Source: the human T2T-CHM13v2.0 reference genome, Homo sapiens
Assembly: GCF_009914755.1 (NCBI RefSeq)
Contig: NC_060932.1
DNA: 64,000 nucleotides
Direction: 5' to 3' (one strand)
Within the stretch, counting starts at the first letter, position 1; the number at the start of each line of letters is the position of its first letter. The position numbers and the translations under genes are program-made. Below the pieces are notes generated by a model. The model did not search any database. It saw only the letters and a program-made list of their open reading frames with translations, and had not been told where the DNA came from. Shown here piece after piece: positions 62,041-64,000 of this stretch.

Positions 62041-63234
62041 TGGTGGAAATAGGGTGATCAGTTAGAAACAATGTCAGTTATCCAAGCAAGAGATAATAAT
62101 TTAGACCAAGGTAATTTACAAAGGTGAGAAATGATTGGTTCCGGAAGTGTGAAGAAAAGAACCATAGAATTTGCTGAGGAATAATATACAAAGTGTGAAA
62201 GAAACAAGGAAGCAAGAATGAACTCTACTTCGTCCTTGAGTAACTAGTTTCTATCTACTGAAATAGAGAAAAATGAGGAGAGAGGAGATGTGTGTTTTGG
62301 ACTGGTGAACTTTGAAATACACATTAGTCATTCAAGTGGAAATAGTGAGAGATCATTTAGATAGAAACTGGATCTTATCACAGGTCAGAGCAGATTTTGC
62401 ACTGGTTGTGCTGTTCTGTCAATGTACTTTAAGGCATATATGTTTCAAAGTTTTTTTTAATGTGAACATTAAAGGATTTTTTATAAACAAAATATAGTTC
62501 ATATATCTTTTTATATTCCTTAAAGCTGCAGTGTCAAGTGAAATCCAAACCTACCTGTGGTGTGTCATTAAAATTTTCCAAAAATAAGTAAGTAGCACAC
62601 AAGAAAATTGTCACTTAACCCACTTACTATTCCTATATGTAAACATTAATAGCAGAAGGCATCTAAAGTGTGAGTTTCCTATACATTAATGGATAGAAGG
62701 GTATATATTTGTTCTATCACCATTATAAAAACACATAATCAGCCAAGGTTGGTCATAGTGAACAGGTTAAAATACCCATTAAGTAAGCAAATTGAAAAGA
62801 AAAGATACATTCCTAAATGATCATTTTGTACCAGTTTTGTTCAATTCAGAATGGATGCAGTGAAATTTCCTTTCCACTTTAAGTAAGAATCACACGGGAA
62901 TTTTTATTTCATTTATTATTACTATTATTATTATTGCTTTTTCATGGCTAGAAAATGTTCTGTTTGCCTAAATAGGATTTTCTCAGATGTTATTAAAATT
63001 ATTTATCCACCTTTGACAAATGACACAAATGAACAAAAATGTTTTACAAAAAAAAAGTTTCAATCTGGTATAAAGTTAATGACTCAAAATTATCTAGTAA
63101 TATTGAGATCAATTTTTATTATTTAGAGTAACAGTGTGCTACCTTGGAAGCACTACAGTAAAATATTTTGATGTATAAACTTTCTTCATTTTAACACTAG
63201 AGCCAAAGAAGGATATAATCATAATTACTACATT

Positions 63235-63390
63235 GATGGTCATCAGATAATCTGGAGAGCTTTATAAAAATCCAAATTCCCACATGTAGAGGAACTGAAT
63301 CAGAAAACCTGGGAGGCGTGCCAGTAATCAAAACTTAAAAAAAATCTAGAGGAGTCATATGATGGCTTACACTTGGAACTCACTGGTGTA
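63235..63390. mobile_element. MER5-like hAT relic
   Basis: catcagataatctggagagctttataaaaatccaaattcc...actgaatcagaaaacctggg. Confidence 0.5.
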
Positions 63391-64000
63391 AACTCTACTG
63401 GTATGGTTTTAAATAAAGTTGTTTATAGAAAGAAAGGAGGAGAGAAGAAAAAAGACAGCAGATAAGTGAGCAAGTGAGTGCCATCCTGGACACTGAACTC
63501 TGAGATAAAAGTTGTACACGAATGTTTGCATGGAAATAGATGTAGATACACACATATATTATTGTTGTTATTGTTATTTTTGTTTTGGTCAGAATCCAAT
63601 ATAGTTATGTCATACAGTAAACGAAACCAGAAAAAAATCTCTCCTCCTAAACTTGATTCTCATATAAGGATTACAAGACAGTGTCATTCCAAAAAATATA
63701 ATCAATGCTACCACATAAAAGAAAAAGCAATGATTTTAAATTCTCTCAGTCAAGGGGCAGCAGATTTTATAATGGGCTATTTGTTTTTATTCCTTATTAT
63801 ATGCTAGTTTAAACATAGGAATCTAACTGACTCCACTATGTTCGATATTGTAAAGTACTGGAGATGGGGATTAACTTTCATGGATTAGTTTTCAGTTAGG
63901 CAAATAACTTTCCACCCTAAGATGACTTTAGGCTCTACAATTTTTGAGAATTAATCATATGTCTTTTTGAGGGTTCATCTTTCTGCTTGTATATAACTAA

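Larger units (their letters stand above)
60630..62370 (-). mobile_element. L2 relic interrupted by the two MaLR LTRs
   Basis: atgtttatggagcatttactatacgacaagcattgttcctagatgctgg...tgacatttgagtagagacctgaagga... is the L2 3' end in reverse orientation. Confidence 0.65.

Noticed and set aside
52661-64000. Further CSMD3 exons upstream, and also in 1-29675
   Set aside because: I found no additional CUB/Sushi-coding segments with splice sites by eye. The neighbouring exons probably lie outside the window, although a short exon could have been missed.

Overview
This is primate, almost certainly human, AT-rich intronic DNA from a very large minus-strand gene. Four GT-AG exons (52504-52660, 35767-35958, 31599-31725, 29676-29878) splice in frame into a CUB-Sushi-CUB stretch that I recognise as CSMD3 (from memory, roughly exons 24-27). 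The rest is intron: a 15.7-kb nested L1 complex (7570-23265), eight Alus, LTRs, DNA-transposon relics and L2/MIR. Three retrocopies are present: RPL30, a degenerate HMGN1 fragment and a U13 snoRNA copy. There is no prokaryotic system, CRISPR array or novel protein-coding gene. The most unusual signals are structural: a ~190-bp inverted repeat of ~95% identity with a stuttered junction (41416-42029), an 80-bp insert in the RPL30 pseudogene apparently copied from the L1 1 kb away, a U13 retrocopy with a duplicated 5' end, and a frame-preserving 522-nt three-exon module flanked by opposing Alus. Repeat subfamily names and comparisons with reference sequences come from recalled consensus sequences, not a database search.
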